Source: an uncultured Gammaproteobacteria bacterium | GTDB taxonomy: Bacteria > Patescibacteriota > Microgenomatia > JALYQM01 | Assembly: GCA_964535655.1 (NCBI GenBank) | Contig: CAZHTP010000004.1 | Span: 75,108 to 139,107 of the forward strand | DNA: 64,000 bases | Reading direction: 5' to 3' | In this document: piece after piece, positions 39,163 to 49,423 of the stretch | Numbering within the stretch: the first letter of the stretch is position 1 | Layout: every line of letters begins with the position of its first letter | Notes under the pieces: generated by a model | What the model saw: the letters and a program-made list of their open reading frames with translations, nothing else | Databases searched by the model: none | Told to the model about the DNA's origin: nothing | Translations under genes and position numbers: made by a program

Positions 39163-39702
39163 ATGGATTTTGCAGAATCATTGCCCATTCATCTGGTTGC
39201 TAAGCCCATTGATAATAGAAATAGATATTCCTTTGTTTATCCTGTAAACTCCTTGCAGAACCCTCGGCGTATTGTACTTCAACATCGACATTCTAAAAAA
39301 GAAGGAGGAGGGTATATAGGAAGTATTGGAGGCAAATATGAAATGTATGAGCCGCTATTGCTTAATGGCGTGAGACTACATGAACATTTAGAAATTGGTA
39401 TGTTGCGAGAATTATATGCTGAAACCGGCCTTAGGTGGCCAGTCCGCTATGCTCATCGTGCTCACTACTGGTGGAGAAATGCAAAACAGGGATTTTGTGA
39501 AGGGGAAGCTTTTTTTGTTGAATTTCCTAATCTCCCGCGACGGTATCGAAGAATGAAGGAGGGTACTCCAGTAAATTTAAACGCGGAGAAAATTGTTTCT
39601 CATCGTGACCTGTTACCAATGCAGCGTTTAATATTATCTGAGCTGTTGTATTCTCATCGATTTTTTTGCGAAGAGATTCCTTTTGAATTTACGCAATGGT
39701 AG
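39163..39702 (+). CDS. Divergent NUDIX-fold protein
   Basis: GGKYE...MLRELYAETGL, a Nudix-like box with an insertion; start is 39136 or 39163. Confidence 0.55.
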   Translation: MDFAESLPIHLVAKPIDNRNRYSFVYPVNSLQNPRRIVLQHRHSKKEGGGYIGSIGGKYEMYEPLLLNGVRLHEHLEIGMLRELYAETGLRWPVRYAHRAHYWWRNAKQGFCEGEAFFVEFPNLPRRYRRMKEGTPVNLNAEKIVSHRDLLPMQRLILSELLYSHRFFCEEIPFEFTQW

Positions 39703-39721
39703 TTTGTGTTATACTGCCGTT

Positions 39722-40111
39722 GTGAAATTATTGCATGTTATTTTATCTCTGATTGTGCTGTTGGGCTGCTTTTATTTGCTATATTTTTATTTTGACCAAA
39801 GGCTTCAGATTACTTCTTTCTATAATCCGTATATTTCTGGTACTTCAGGTGAAAAAGTTGCTGGAATTGCTACCTTGTCAGCAGAACCAGATTCTGATGT
39901 CCCTATACGTTGTGTACTCAGTTATGGAACTTTTATGGTTGGACAACATGGGTGTGATGATTTGACCGATTCTGATACTAACCAGTATCTTACGGAAGAC
40001 ACTATTTCCTGCAAACTAAAAGAAGGTAATTTTTCAGTAACCTCTCATGAATGCGATCTTTTAAAAAGCGCAGTAGGAAGCCGCGATGTGTTGCAATCTC
40101 TTGATGAATAA
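39722..40111 (+). CDS. Membrane-anchored protein with two Cys-pair repeats
   Basis: N-terminal TM; repeats IRCVLSYGTFMVGQHGCDDL and ISCKLKEGNFSVTSHECDLL; TGtTATACT 6 nt before the GTG. Confidence 0.62.
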   Translation: MKLLHVILSLIVLLGCFYLLYFYFDQRLQITSFYNPYISGTSGEKVAGIATLSAEPDSDVPIRCVLSYGTFMVGQHGCDDLTDSDTNQYLTEDTISCKLKEGNFSVTSHECDLLKSAVGSRDVLQSLDE

Positions 40112-40182
40112 AGAAAAAGAGCAAGATAGTTTAGATTTTTATTTGTGCCGTTACAAATCTCTTTCTGTAGTACAATTAGTAC

Positions 40183-41955
40183 ATGACTTTTAAAGAATTA
40201 GCACTGTTTTTCTCAGAGCTTGAATCTACTACTAAGCGGCTTGAGTTAATCGATATTTTATCCCGCTTATTCGTTACTATAAGTACACCCAAAGAAGCAA
40301 AAAAAATAACCTATTTACTTCAAGGTAGGGTAGCGGCTTTCTATGAGCCTATAGAGTTTGGTATGGGTGATCGGTTAATTGAGCGGGCTATCGCTTTGGC
40401 GTATGAAGGTGATGTAGAAGGAGTTCACAACTTGTATGGCAAGCTTGGTGATTTGGGTCTTGCTGCTGAAGAAATGGCGAAAAAAAATGGTAAACACTTA
40501 ATAAGTTTATCTATTGATGAGTTATTTGAACAATTACAAATGGTTACCCGTACAATGGGTGAAGGGGCAGTTGAGGGAAAAGTTGAGGTATTATCACAGA
40601 TATTGCTTCATAGTGATCCGAATGCTGCAAAATTTGTCGTGCGGATTGTCTCTGGGCGGCTACGCCTTGGCATTGGTGATCCAACGGTGCTTGAGGCGCT
40701 TGCCAATGCGCGGTTGGGTGACAGAAAACATCGAAAAGAATTAGAACGTGCTTATAACGAGATTAGTGACCTTGGCCTTATTGCTGAAGCTCTTTGGGAA
40801 TATGAAGGTGATATAGCTTTACGTATCGTTGAAAAAATGACTGTTACGGTAGGTAGACCGCTTCGATCGGAGTTGTGTGAACGACTCCCCAACGCTGAAA
40901 AGACGATAGAGAAAATGGGCGAAGTTGTTTCTCAATTTAAATATGATGGTTTCCGAACACAGATGCATCTTGATAGAAAATCTGGTTTAGTGAAGTTATA
41001 TTCCCGAAATTTAGAGGAGACTACCCATTCTTTCCCCGAGATAACAAAGGGGATTTTGGATCAAGTTGATGCTGATTCAGTTATTCTCGACTCTGAAACA
41101 TTGGCATATCATCCGGAGTCAGAAGAGTTTTTCCCTTTTCAAGAAACTACTAAGCGCCGGAGAAAATATGGCATAGAAGAGATGGCCGAGGAGTTACCCC
41201 TGCGGGCGTTTGTATTTGACATTCTGTATAAGAATGGCGAGTCGCTTGTACAACTTCCTGTACGTGAGCGATTAAAAATACTCGATTCTACTATTAAAAA
41301 AAATGTAGATCCAACTCGCGCTGATACGCTTATTGTCTCAGAGTCGCGTGTTATTTCTGTAGCCAAAGATCTTGGATTGATGTTAGAGGAGGCTCTCACT
41401 AAAGGACTTGAAGGCATTGTTGTTAAGAAAATTGAGTCGTCATACGAAGCTGGTGCACGTAATTTTAACTGGGTAAAACTGAAACATACTGCTTCAGAGC
41501 AATTGAAGGATACAGTTGATTGTGTGGTGTTAGGTTATATTTATGGTCGTGGAAAACGGGTTGCGTTTGGAGTAGGTGCGTTACTTGTTGGTCTTTATGA
41601 TAAAGAGCGCGATGTCTTTGTTTCAGTCTCCAAGATAGGGACCGGATTGACCGATGCTGAATGGGTTTCAATTCGTGAACGATGTGATGCTTTTGTTTCT
41701 AAGGAGAAACCCGCTCGGATTGAATCGGATATTATTCCTTCGGTGTGGGTTGAACCTGAAGTAGTTATCGAAGTGCTGGCAGATGAAATTACTCGATCTC
41801 CCTCACATACTGCAGGAAAAACTACCACTGAACCTGGATATGCTTTACGTTTCCCGCGGCTTGTTACGTTTCGTGACGCCGATAAACGACCAGAAGATGC
41901 TACTAATATCGATGAAATAAAAGAACTATATTCAATGCAGGGAAAGAGGGCGTGA
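40183..41955 (+). CDS. lig: ATP-dependent DNA ligase (full-length, archaeal/eukaryal LigI-like architecture)
   Basis: N-terminal DNA-binding domain (GDLG, LRLGIG), KYDGFR, FDILY, EGIVVK, WVKLK, ALRFPR. Confidence 0.93.
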   Translation: MTFKELALFFSELESTTKRLELIDILSRLFVTISTPKEAKKITYLLQGRVAAFYEPIEFGMGDRLIERAIALAYEGDVEGVHNLYGKLGDLGLAAEEMAKKNGKHLISLSIDELFEQLQMVTRTMGEGAVEGKVEVLSQILLHSDPNAAKFVVRIVSGRLRLGIGDPTVLEALANARLGDRKHRKELERAYNEISDLGLIAEALWEYEGDIALRIVEKMTVTVGRPLRSELCERLPNAEKTIEKMGEVVSQFKYDGFRTQMHLDRKSGLVKLYSRNLEETTHSFPEITKGILDQVDADSVILDSETLAYHPESEEFFPFQETTKRRRKYGIEEMAEELPLRAFVFDILYKNGESLVQLPVRERLKILDSTIKKNVDPTRADTLIVSESRVISVAKDLGLMLEEALTKGLEGIVVKKIESSYEAGARNFNWVKLKHTASEQLKDTVDCVVLGYIYGRGKRVAFGVGALLVGLYDKERDVFVSVSKIGTGLTDAEWVSIRERCDAFVSKEKPARIESDIIPSVWVEPEVVIEVLADEITRSPSHTAGKTTTEPGYALRFPRLVTFRDADKRPEDATNIDEIKELYSMQGKRA

Positions 41956-41973
41956 AAGAACTGGTGTTTGAAG

Positions 41974-42609
41974 ATGGTAAAAAATAAAGTTATCGTTTTT
42001 GATTTTGATGGTACTCTTGCAGATACCTTCTCAACCGTTGTCGAAATTGTTAACGGGATGTCTGATCAATTTGGATTTCCTAAGTTATCTTTTGAAGATA
42101 TATCATTGCTCCGACACATGCGTGCTCAAGACGCAATGAAAATTTTTAAAATTTCCATTTTTAAAATTCCCGCGTTAATCTTTGCCGTCAAAGCTGCGCT
42201 AGGTAAAAAAATTGCTACAGTACCGGTATTTGATGGTGTTCCTGAGACGTTACGAGAATTGAAGAAAGAAGATTTTTCCCTTGGTATTGTTTCTTCAAAT
42301 ACTGTGGAGACAATTGCAGCCTTTCTGAAACATAATGATTTGGAGATTTTCGATTTTATACATTGTGAAAAAGATCTTTTTGGTAAAGGGAAAGTACTCT
42401 CGCATGTACTTCGAGATAATAAAATTAGTAGCGCTGATGCAATTTATGTTGGCGATGAAACGCGAGATATTGAAGCAGCTTGGAAAGCGGGGATTAAAAT
42501 AATTTCAGTTGCGTGGGGATTTAATGCTGTTGAGGCTTTAGAAAAGCTTAACCCTGATTTTCTCATACATTATCCGCATCAACTTTTAGATACAGTACGG
42601 CAATTCTAA
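41974..42609 (+). CDS. HAD-family phosphatase (Gph-like)
   Basis: FDFDGTLADT, VSSN, YVGDETRDIEAA, VAWGFN. Confidence 0.9.
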   Translation: MVKNKVIVFDFDGTLADTFSTVVEIVNGMSDQFGFPKLSFEDISLLRHMRAQDAMKIFKISIFKIPALIFAVKAALGKKIATVPVFDGVPETLRELKKEDFSLGIVSSNTVETIAAFLKHNDLEIFDFIHCEKDLFGKGKVLSHVLRDNKISSADAIYVGDETRDIEAAWKAGIKIISVAWGFNAVEALEKLNPDFLIHYPHQLLDTVRQF

Positions 42610-42662
42610 CTCTCTCTGCTCATCTTTACCTCTGGCTATTCACTGATTATACTTAGCGTAGG

Positions 42663-42977
42663 ATGTTTAAACTAGACCGTTCGACTATGCAATACATTAA
42701 AGATTTGTCTGATCCTGATATAGTTGCAAATTCAGATCCAGATTCAATAAATCTAAAGCGTGAAATAATCCGTACTAATTTGCTTACACTTGTTATAGGT
42801 ACTTTTGTAGTTTCAGCAATAATCATACTATTTATATTTTACTTACCAGGTCTATTTAATGTATTTTTGCAAATAATTTTTTATTATGTAGCTAGCCTCG
42901 TTACGTATTGGAAAATCCTTATTATAGCCTTTATCTTTTTCTTGCTTCTGTTGTTTATATCGTTTAGACATACTTGA
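42663..42977 (+). CDS. Small membrane protein
   Basis: 104 aa with a hydrophobic C-terminal half. Confidence 0.6.
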   Translation: MFKLDRSTMQYIKDLSDPDIVANSDPDSINLKREIIRTNLLTLVIGTFVVSAIIILFIFYLPGLFNVFLQIIFYYVASLVTYWKILIIAFIFFLLLLFISFRHT

Positions 42978-43040
42978 CACCAGTCTTTTTCTCCATCTAC
43001 AGTAGAGTTATTAATCTTATTTTATTAGAAGGAGAACTCT

Positions 43041-44150
43041 ATGCAACTCAAAAATCTTCTTATAGGGGGAAGTGTCGGACTGGCCTTTTTTGGCCTATAC
43101 TTGCATTCAAATATTTCCGCTCATGCTGCTACGAAGACTATTACAATTCTTAATTCGGCATTTTCTGATAGTTTAGCCATTGTAAATGCAGGAGACACTG
43201 TAGTTTGGCAAAATAATGACACTTTTGGACATCGTTTAGATATCTTAAATGCATCAGATAGTTCTTTTCTGGCTGGAGATGATCTTAGTCCAAAAGTGTC
43301 TACTTCTACTTCAGGAAGAACTTTGTCAAGAAAATTTAATACTGAAGGTTTATTTATTTATCGTTTGGATCAGCAAGCAAGTATGTCGGGAACTCTTACC
43401 GTAGTGCCATCGATAGTAGTACCGACGGTTACACCATCGGCAACCGCTACCGCAACAGCAACGGCGGTGCCCACCGCTACTGCTACCGTAACACCAACGC
43501 TAACGCCTACTGCTTCACCTACTCCAAGCGTTACTGCGACGGCTTCACCAACCGCAACTCCAGCTTTATCTCCAACGCCGTCGCCTTCCTTAACACCTTC
43601 ACCAACACCAACATTGACTCCTACACCAACAGTTACGTCTACTCCTAGCGCAACTCCTACTGTTACGATAACAGCAAGTCCGACTGTTAGTCCATCGGCT
43701 ACTGCATCACCTACGCCAACACCATCGATGACTGCTAGTCCGACTACCTCGCCAACATCTTCACCTACGGCAACACCTACTAGTTCAATAACACCTTCAC
43801 CAACAAGTACGCCGGTTCCTCCTGTAGGGGAAGTTTTACCTGCATTTTCAGTCTTCAGACCAACAATGTGTAGCGCGTTATTGATAACAAACAATACTCA
43901 AATTCGAACTGATAAACTGGGTGCGGTTACGTTGCGAAGAGGTATTTGGAATGTAGAAAACTTGGTTAATACTCCGCCTAACGTATCTGTACAGGCTCGA
44001 TTAATTGCGATTCGAACAGTAAATTTACTTTTCGGGAATAATCCGTTTTTTGGTTTAGATCGAACCGTTTCAGCAAATACCGCAAGTACTTTCAATGCCG
44101 CATCGGTTGAAGGCGCGTTACAAAAAGCAGCTCAAGCTTGGTGCAAATAA
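43041..44150 (+). CDS. Secreted protein: cupredoxin-like domain, Thr/Pro/Ser-rich linker, C-terminal domain
   Basis: SD AAGGAG, signal peptide (AHA-A), VNAGDTVVWQNNDTFGH...MSGTLTV, about 135 aa of T/P/S/A repeats. Confidence 0.8.
   Translation: MQLKNLLIGGSVGLAFFGLYLHSNISAHAATKTITILNSAFSDSLAIVNAGDTVVWQNNDTFGHRLDILNASDSSFLAGDDLSPKVSTSTSGRTLSRKFNTEGLFIYRLDQQASMSGTLTVVPSIVVPTVTPSATATATATAVPTATATVTPTLTPTASPTPSVTATASPTATPALSPTPSPSLTPSPTPTLTPTPTVTSTPSATPTVTITASPTVSPSATASPTPTPSMTASPTTSPTSSPTATPTSSITPSPTSTPVPPVGEVLPAFSVFRPTMCSALLITNNTQIRTDKLGAVTLRRGIWNVENLVNTPPNVSVQARLIAIRTVNLLFGNNPFFGLDRTVSANTASTFNAASVEGALQKAAQAWCK
43420..43820 (+). repeat. Low-complexity (T/S)P repeat coding tract
   Basis: TPTATPSPT-type repeats with varied codons. 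Confidence 0.85.
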
Positions 44151-44170
44151 TTAAAAAGTGAGTTCAAATC

Positions 44171-44204
44171 GACAAAGATCCTCGATTCGAGGGTCTTTGT
44201 CTTG
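44171..44204 (+). terminator. Probable terminator after the surface protein gene
   Basis: GACAAAGATCCTCG/CGAGGGTCTTTGTC hairpin. Confidence 0.7.
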
Positions 44205-44250
44205 TATTTGGTATATACTAACTGGTACTTTTCTGGTATATTTTATCCTT

Positions 44251-44823
44251 ATGGAATTGAATGAATTTCGCGATTACCTGCGTATTTTCACTACAACCCA
44301 CGACGCTGAACTCCATAAAACTGCGCTTTTGCAAATGCTTGATCCGCTGGACCTAGATATTGAGTATAAAAAGCTTAATCAGGAGGGCGGATTGGATAGG
44401 GTAATGGCAATATTTTCTTCGTTCTCTGACGTTACTGATGACGAGTTGGTGACTGAATATGAGCGCAAGAGCTTGGAGCAAGTTGGTGCTTTAACTAAAG
44501 AGTACTTTGCAAAAGAAGCATATTCCTCTTTTGCTAAAATGGTTTTCGCGTTAACTATTGAATCGTTTGGAGAGAAATATGACTTGGGGGTAGAAGATGA
44601 GGAGTTAACTGAAGTTAAAATAGAGGATATTTACAATATTATTCCTTCGGAAATATATTTGCAGACATTTCTTCTGGAGAGTATGTCTGACGAGACTGCG
44701 TTTAATTGGAATCGCAGCCCGATAATTATTGAACAATCACTTTTAGCCTTAACGGTTTGTTTTAGTGATATTTATGCATTCCTGACTGAGGAAGATGATT
44801 ATATGGAAGAAATTGCTGATTAA
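44251..44823 (+). CDS. Acidic hypothetical protein
   Basis: D/E-rich helical ORF; start moved downstream of the terminator to ATG 44251. Confidence 0.65.
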   Translation: MELNEFRDYLRIFTTTHDAELHKTALLQMLDPLDLDIEYKKLNQEGGLDRVMAIFSSFSDVTDDELVTEYERKSLEQVGALTKEYFAKEAYSSFAKMVFALTIESFGEKYDLGVEDEELTEVKIEDIYNIIPSEIYLQTFLLESMSDETAFNWNRSPIIIEQSLLALTVCFSDIYAFLTEEDDYMEEIAD

Positions 44824-46047
44824 TCATTTCATCGCTTGTGTAATTACATCCAAGATCTTAGTGTTATGCTTTTCGATTGAAAATCTACTGATACTATCGT
44901 TAAGAGCATTTATTCCCATTTTTTTATTTAATTGCATATCAGCGCTAAGTTTATAGATTTTTTCGCTGAATTCTTCTAAATTAAATGGAGTTACCGCATA
45001 CCCGGTTAGATTGTCTTTAATAATGCCTGAAGGTCCGGCATTATTCCAAGCAATCACCGGAACTCCACAGGCCATGGCCTGGATTAAGCCCTTACCGAAA
45101 TCTTCCTCAGGGGCAGTGTAGATATATAGTGATGCGTTTTTATAAAGTAGATGGGTATCTATTTCAGTTGTGTAACCAGAAAAGATTATTTGAGATTCTA
45201 AATTTTTTTCTTTAATCAGATTAATGAGTGTATTTGTATATTCTGTTGGTGATCCTGTTATGACGAGTTTAGCTGTACAGTTTTCTTTCTTCTTTACTAA
45301 TTCTAGTGCGCAAATAGCATATTCAAACTTTTTTTTAGGCATGTGCCTATTGGTTAGTAAAATGTAAGGTTTGGGAATATTTTTTCCATTAATGGTACAT
45401 ATTCCGCTAAATCTATCGGTTTCATTTATTTCTTCACATGAAAGTGGAGTTGCTCCAGGCGGGCAATTAATGCAATCGCGCTTGTAAATATTCTCGAAAA
45501 CATGAAGCGCGTATTCTCCTTCGGTGATTATTGTTTTAGCGTGTTTCATAATCAAGGTATCAATTTTTCTGAATATTGGCTTTATTATCTTTATTACTAT
45601 TTTTGTAAAACTATTTAAGTCGGACTGTTCGCCAAATTCTTTATCAATTTTGCGAGGATATAAAAAACCTTGAGGATAGGGCATATAGACTATATACGGT
45701 TTCTTATTGATACGTGAAGCAATATAGGCAAAAAAAGGACCTGCTTGATTTGCTCCATAGTAGACATCCGAATCTTTGAACTTTAGTACTAAAAAAGGTG
45801 ATAAAAGCCCTGCAATAATGAGATATACCTCCCTTGGTAAAGATAGTTTTATAAACCAACCTGGAAGCAGAGAATTAATCGGATACTTGCTAATTATTTC
45901 AGGAAAGCAGGTGCTTTTATTTACATACGGTGCTACACCGGTGACCTGAAACCCTTTTTGTTGTAAAAAATCGATCGTCTCGAGTAATGTATGTTCAGCT
46001 CCTCCAGAGAAGAAGAACTCGGTGTGGAATATTGTTAACTTCTTCAT
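44824..46047 (-). CDS. GT4 glycosyltransferase
   Basis: SGGAE and EEDFGKGLIQAMACGVPVIA; paralog of 57429-58718. Confidence 0.9.
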   Translation of the reverse strand: MKKLTIFHTEFFFSGGAEHTLLETIDFLQQKGFQVTGVAPYVNKSTCFPEIISKYPINSLLPGWFIKLSLPREVYLIIAGLLSPFLVLKFKDSDVYYGANQAGPFFAYIASRINKKPYIVYMPYPQGFLYPRKIDKEFGEQSDLNSFTKIVIKIIKPIFRKIDTLIMKHAKTIITEGEYALHVFENIYKRDCINCPPGATPLSCEEINETDRFSGICTINGKNIPKPYILLTNRHMPKKKFEYAICALELVKKKENCTAKLVITGSPTEYTNTLINLIKEKNLESQIIFSGYTTEIDTHLLYKNASLYIYTAPEEDFGKGLIQAMACGVPVIAWNNAGPSGIIKDNLTGYAVTPFNLEEFSEKIYKLSADMQLNKKMGINALNDSISRFSIEKHNTKILDVITQAMK

Positions 46048-46087
46048 ATACTTGTAAGGAGTTTTTATGATCCTTTATAACTCACTG

Positions 46088-49000
46088 CTATTCTTCTGAA
46101 GGATCTTCATGAACCTTAAACGAAGCATTTTCAGATTTTGCTATCTCTAGTTTATCTTTAGTCTTCCAAATATAGTAATGTACCGTTCGATTAATTGATC
46201 CCGTGATTCCTAGAGCATACAAAACTAAGTAGGAAATGGTAAGAAGGCTTAGTACATTCAAAGCAATTTCCTTAGGGGTGTTCTCTATTTGCATGGTTAT
46301 TGTTTGATTTGCAGTCATCTTGGGTAGACGCATTCCTGTTAGCCTGGGGCCGGCTTGGTATAAGTTAACTTCCTTTTTGCCAGTAGCTGAATTTAAATAC
46401 GCATGCCATTTAGGGTAGTAACTTTCTCTCCAGTACAACGTAGTTGGAGACTCCGTACTATCGTTTAACGTGAACTGAACAATATCTGGTGAGGGCCTTT
46501 TAACTGAGACATGGTAATCGTTTATATTGTTTGTATTATTTTCTAAAAGCCACTGTAGAGAATATTTCAAAACTTCAATTTCTTTAGCGTTTTCATTTTT
46601 ACCTCCTTCAATGTGAGGGACAATATTCATCCCCGACCAGACAACTCGGCCTTTTCCATGAATCTTAGAAATAATCAAGGGAATATTATTGCTCTGTAAA
46701 ATGACATTTGCTCCGTCTCGGATATCTTGAGGAGAGGAAATTCCCCATGCGCTATCAAGATTAGTTAGATAACCAGCATCTTTATTTTCCGTATCCATAC
46801 CTATTTTTCCTGCTTGATCAAGAGTCATTTTAGAACGGGGAGCAGCTTCTTTCCAAACTAAATTATTCGTAGGGAAAAATGCTGAAGCTGATTTTAATTC
46901 CCAATCAGGGGATTCATATTGCCAGCCGGTATCTATGAACAAATTTCCTCCATTTTTAACATAATTATCCAGTAGATCATGTCCATTAGCTTGGTCATGA
47001 TAATTATATCCTTCAAGAAATAGTACATTAAATTTATTTAATTCATCGAGAGAGTAATCATCAACGTACGTTTTCCCCGCAAATAGCGTGGCTTTATCAT
47101 AGGGGAGTATTCCTAAATTAGCGGTCTTGAAAAATTGGTCGTAGAGAAATGTTTTTTTGTTTCCTATAAAAAGTACCGCTGGTTTACTGGTCCACGTAGT
47201 AAGCGTGGTGGGATTTTTGAAATGTCTCCAGTTAGGCTTATCTGCGTTTTCCCAATTTTGATCGTTATCGAAAAGCGACTTTGCAACTTCTGAATTGGTA
47301 GCTTGATATATGTATTCATATCCAAAATACTTAGCAAGTTCGCTAATTACTCCTGGTTTTTGATTAATTGGTTGATCAGAATACATTACTGATGACTGAT
47401 AATTCCAGAGTGCACTAAAAAGGTTGAGATTGTTTATATACACTTGGGTTTGAGAAGCATTAGTTAATAGTGGAGCTCTCATAATAATACTTCCTGCTAA
47501 GCCTGATAAATCGTAACGGGTGTCGAGTGGTTTATCGGGAATAAGAGAAAAGAACTCTGCTTCTTTTTTATAGTCGGAAAAATCGGGCTTCGTTACATTA
47601 AAGCGTGGCCAATTTTTAGGATTTAGCTGGTAAGCTAATGGAAGTTTATTGAGAGTGTTACAAAAATTAAATTTAGTCTCGGTCATCTCATGTTTATCGG
47701 TTGTACAGTAGGTAGTGAATATTTTAAGGTCATCAACTTGAAGTAGCTCGATTTTGTTTGTACGCTTAGTAATTGCTTTATCACAGAGTGAGTTAATGAC
47801 ATTATCGGAACCGCTATAGTTTTTGCAGAAAAAATATAATTCTTCTGGAGTATATGTAAGATCTGTATCGTAGTCGACGTCTTTATTCTGATTGGGGTCG
47901 TGTATGATAATTTTATTGTGTTCGCTTACTTGCTTCCATAGATTATCTCGGCTAACCTTTCCTATTCCTATCCTCAGAATTTTAGAAGTATCTCTTCCCT
48001 TTTCAACTTTTGCTGGATTTGTGTAAACTGTAACATAGAAGGTAAGTAAACTCATCATGCTTATTACGATTGCGGGTTTTAGAACATTACTCCAATTGAA
48101 CTGAATTAGTGGATGCACTTTTGTTATGAGTTTATCTATGATAATAAAAGGTAGTTCACACAGCGTATACACTCCATATGCTGCTAGTATCGGTACTATC
48201 ATTCGATATACCGTCCAAACCGATCGAGCATTGAATAATTCAGCGAAAACCCCAATTCTACTGAGGATGAATAAAACTATGGGTAAAGAAAGCGTTAGTA
48301 ACCCATATGTAGACATTAACCCAAATAAGGCCATTTTTTTTGATCTTAAGGCCCCAATCGTTCCCCCAATTGCAGCGAATATCCATATGAAAGGTTGCAA
48401 AGCCCAGTTATTCATGGGTTTTCGTGGATCGGAATCAGGATAATAATCAAAACCTAATACCTGCTTAAGGTGTAAGGTATGTGTTTCAGTGATATCGCTT
48501 AGCTTAACTGTTGGATTCGCATATCCGGCAAAACCTCCTTTTGCAACTTCAGCGCTATAATCTTGAAAATTTGCAAGTCGCCAGGAGAATAATCCTGTAA
48601 GACTTATATAAATGCATGCACCCGCTGTAAAACCATTTATAAGTGATTTCTTGAAATCTGTTTTTAACGGATTTTTGAGCATTCTTCCGATAATTAAAAT
48701 AAATAATACATTTGTTAGTCCCACACCTGTTGAAAAATGGGTTAGAAAAGTGATGGTGTAAAAAATCATGCCAAAAAGTAATGCTACTCGTTTTTTCCAA
48801 TCGTGCTCACCTTTAAAATGTTTATCGATAAAATAATCGAGAAGAATAAGAGTTGGGCCGGTGAACATATAGGAAACGGTTTCGGCATAAAATCCCCAGG
48901 GGTTGGCAAAAACGTAGGTAATTGGAGCGATGAGATAAAAAGTTGCAGCGGTTATTCCAATTGCTTGCCTGGCCACTTTATTTTTTGGATAATCGAGCCT

Positions 49001-49390
49001 GGTCCAACAATAAATAAATATCCCAATAGCTGTTATGAAAAATGCTGAAAACTCAACAATATTAAAAGAGCGAATTAAAGAGATATTAGTTAGATGATGA
49101 AAAAGTACTACAATGTAGTGGGCAAGAAAGGGATAGGCAGCTACGAAAGATACTCCGGCCCCTTGAAGTGGATACCAATAAGGGACATTGGGGTAAAATC
49201 TGTTAATCCATTCTACATAGGTAAAAGCACTAAATGAATCTGTTCCTATGGGTGAGAAAGCATTGATTGAAGACCAGTTGGCGGAATAAAAAAGGAAGGT
49301 AATTACAGCAAGTCCAATGATTGCGACCATGCTTTGGATTACAAAAGAAATTAACGATATAATTACTTTTTTAGGTTTGATTCTGTTCAT
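46088..49390 (-). CDS. Large GT-C-like membrane protein (PTPS-related/YfhO-like)
   Basis: GTD...WYPLQGAG..F..YP first-loop motif, many TMs, large external region, RESYYPKW near the C-terminus, final TM. Confidence 0.7.
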   Translation of the reverse strand: MNRIKPKKVIISLISFVIQSMVAIIGLAVITFLFYSANWSSINAFSPIGTDSFSAFTYVEWINRFYPNVPYWYPLQGAGVSFVAAYPFLAHYIVVLFHHLTNISLIRSFNIVEFSAFFITAIGIFIYCWTRLDYPKNKVARQAIGITAATFYLIAPITYVFANPWGFYAETVSYMFTGPTLILLDYFIDKHFKGEHDWKKRVALLFGMIFYTITFLTHFSTGVGLTNVLFILIIGRMLKNPLKTDFKKSLINGFTAGACIYISLTGLFSWRLANFQDYSAEVAKGGFAGYANPTVKLSDITETHTLHLKQVLGFDYYPDSDPRKPMNNWALQPFIWIFAAIGGTIGALRSKKMALFGLMSTYGLLTLSLPIVLFILSRIGVFAELFNARSVWTVYRMIVPILAAYGVYTLCELPFIIIDKLITKVHPLIQFNWSNVLKPAIVISMMSLLTFYVTVYTNPAKVEKGRDTSKILRIGIGKVSRDNLWKQVSEHNKIIIHDPNQNKDVDYDTDLTYTPEELYFFCKNYSGSDNVINSLCDKAITKRTNKIELLQVDDLKIFTTYCTTDKHEMTETKFNFCNTLNKLPLAYQLNPKNWPRFNVTKPDFSDYKKEAEFFSLIPDKPLDTRYDLSGLAGSIIMRAPLLTNASQTQVYINNLNLFSALWNYQSSVMYSDQPINQKPGVISELAKYFGYEYIYQATNSEVAKSLFDNDQNWENADKPNWRHFKNPTTLTTWTSKPAVLFIGNKKTFLYDQFFKTANLGILPYDKATLFAGKTYVDDYSLDELNKFNVLFLEGYNYHDQANGHDLLDNYVKNGGNLFIDTGWQYESPDWELKSASAFFPTNNLVWKEAAPRSKMTLDQAGKIGMDTENKDAGYLTNLDSAWGISSPQDIRDGANVILQSNNIPLIISKIHGKGRVVWSGMNIVPHIEGGKNENAKEIEVLKYSLQWLLENNTNNINDYHVSVKRPSPDIVQFTLNDSTESPTTLYWRESYYPKWHAYLNSATGKKEVNLYQAGPRLTGMRLPKMTANQTITMQIENTPKEIALNVLSLLTISYLVLYALGITGSINRTVHYYIWKTKDKLEIAKSENASFKVHEDPSEE

Positions 49391-49423
49391 GGAAGTTTTG
49401 CTTACTTGATGATAGTAATTGAA

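Noticed and set aside
16563-41955. Alternative genetic code (UGA=Gly)
   Set aside because: ruvC, DUF62 and lig end at TGA at expected lengths, and no conserved gene is interrupted by TGA
43370-43894. 174-aa V/G-rich minus-strand ORF
   Set aside because: Antisense shadow of the Thr/Pro repeat tract
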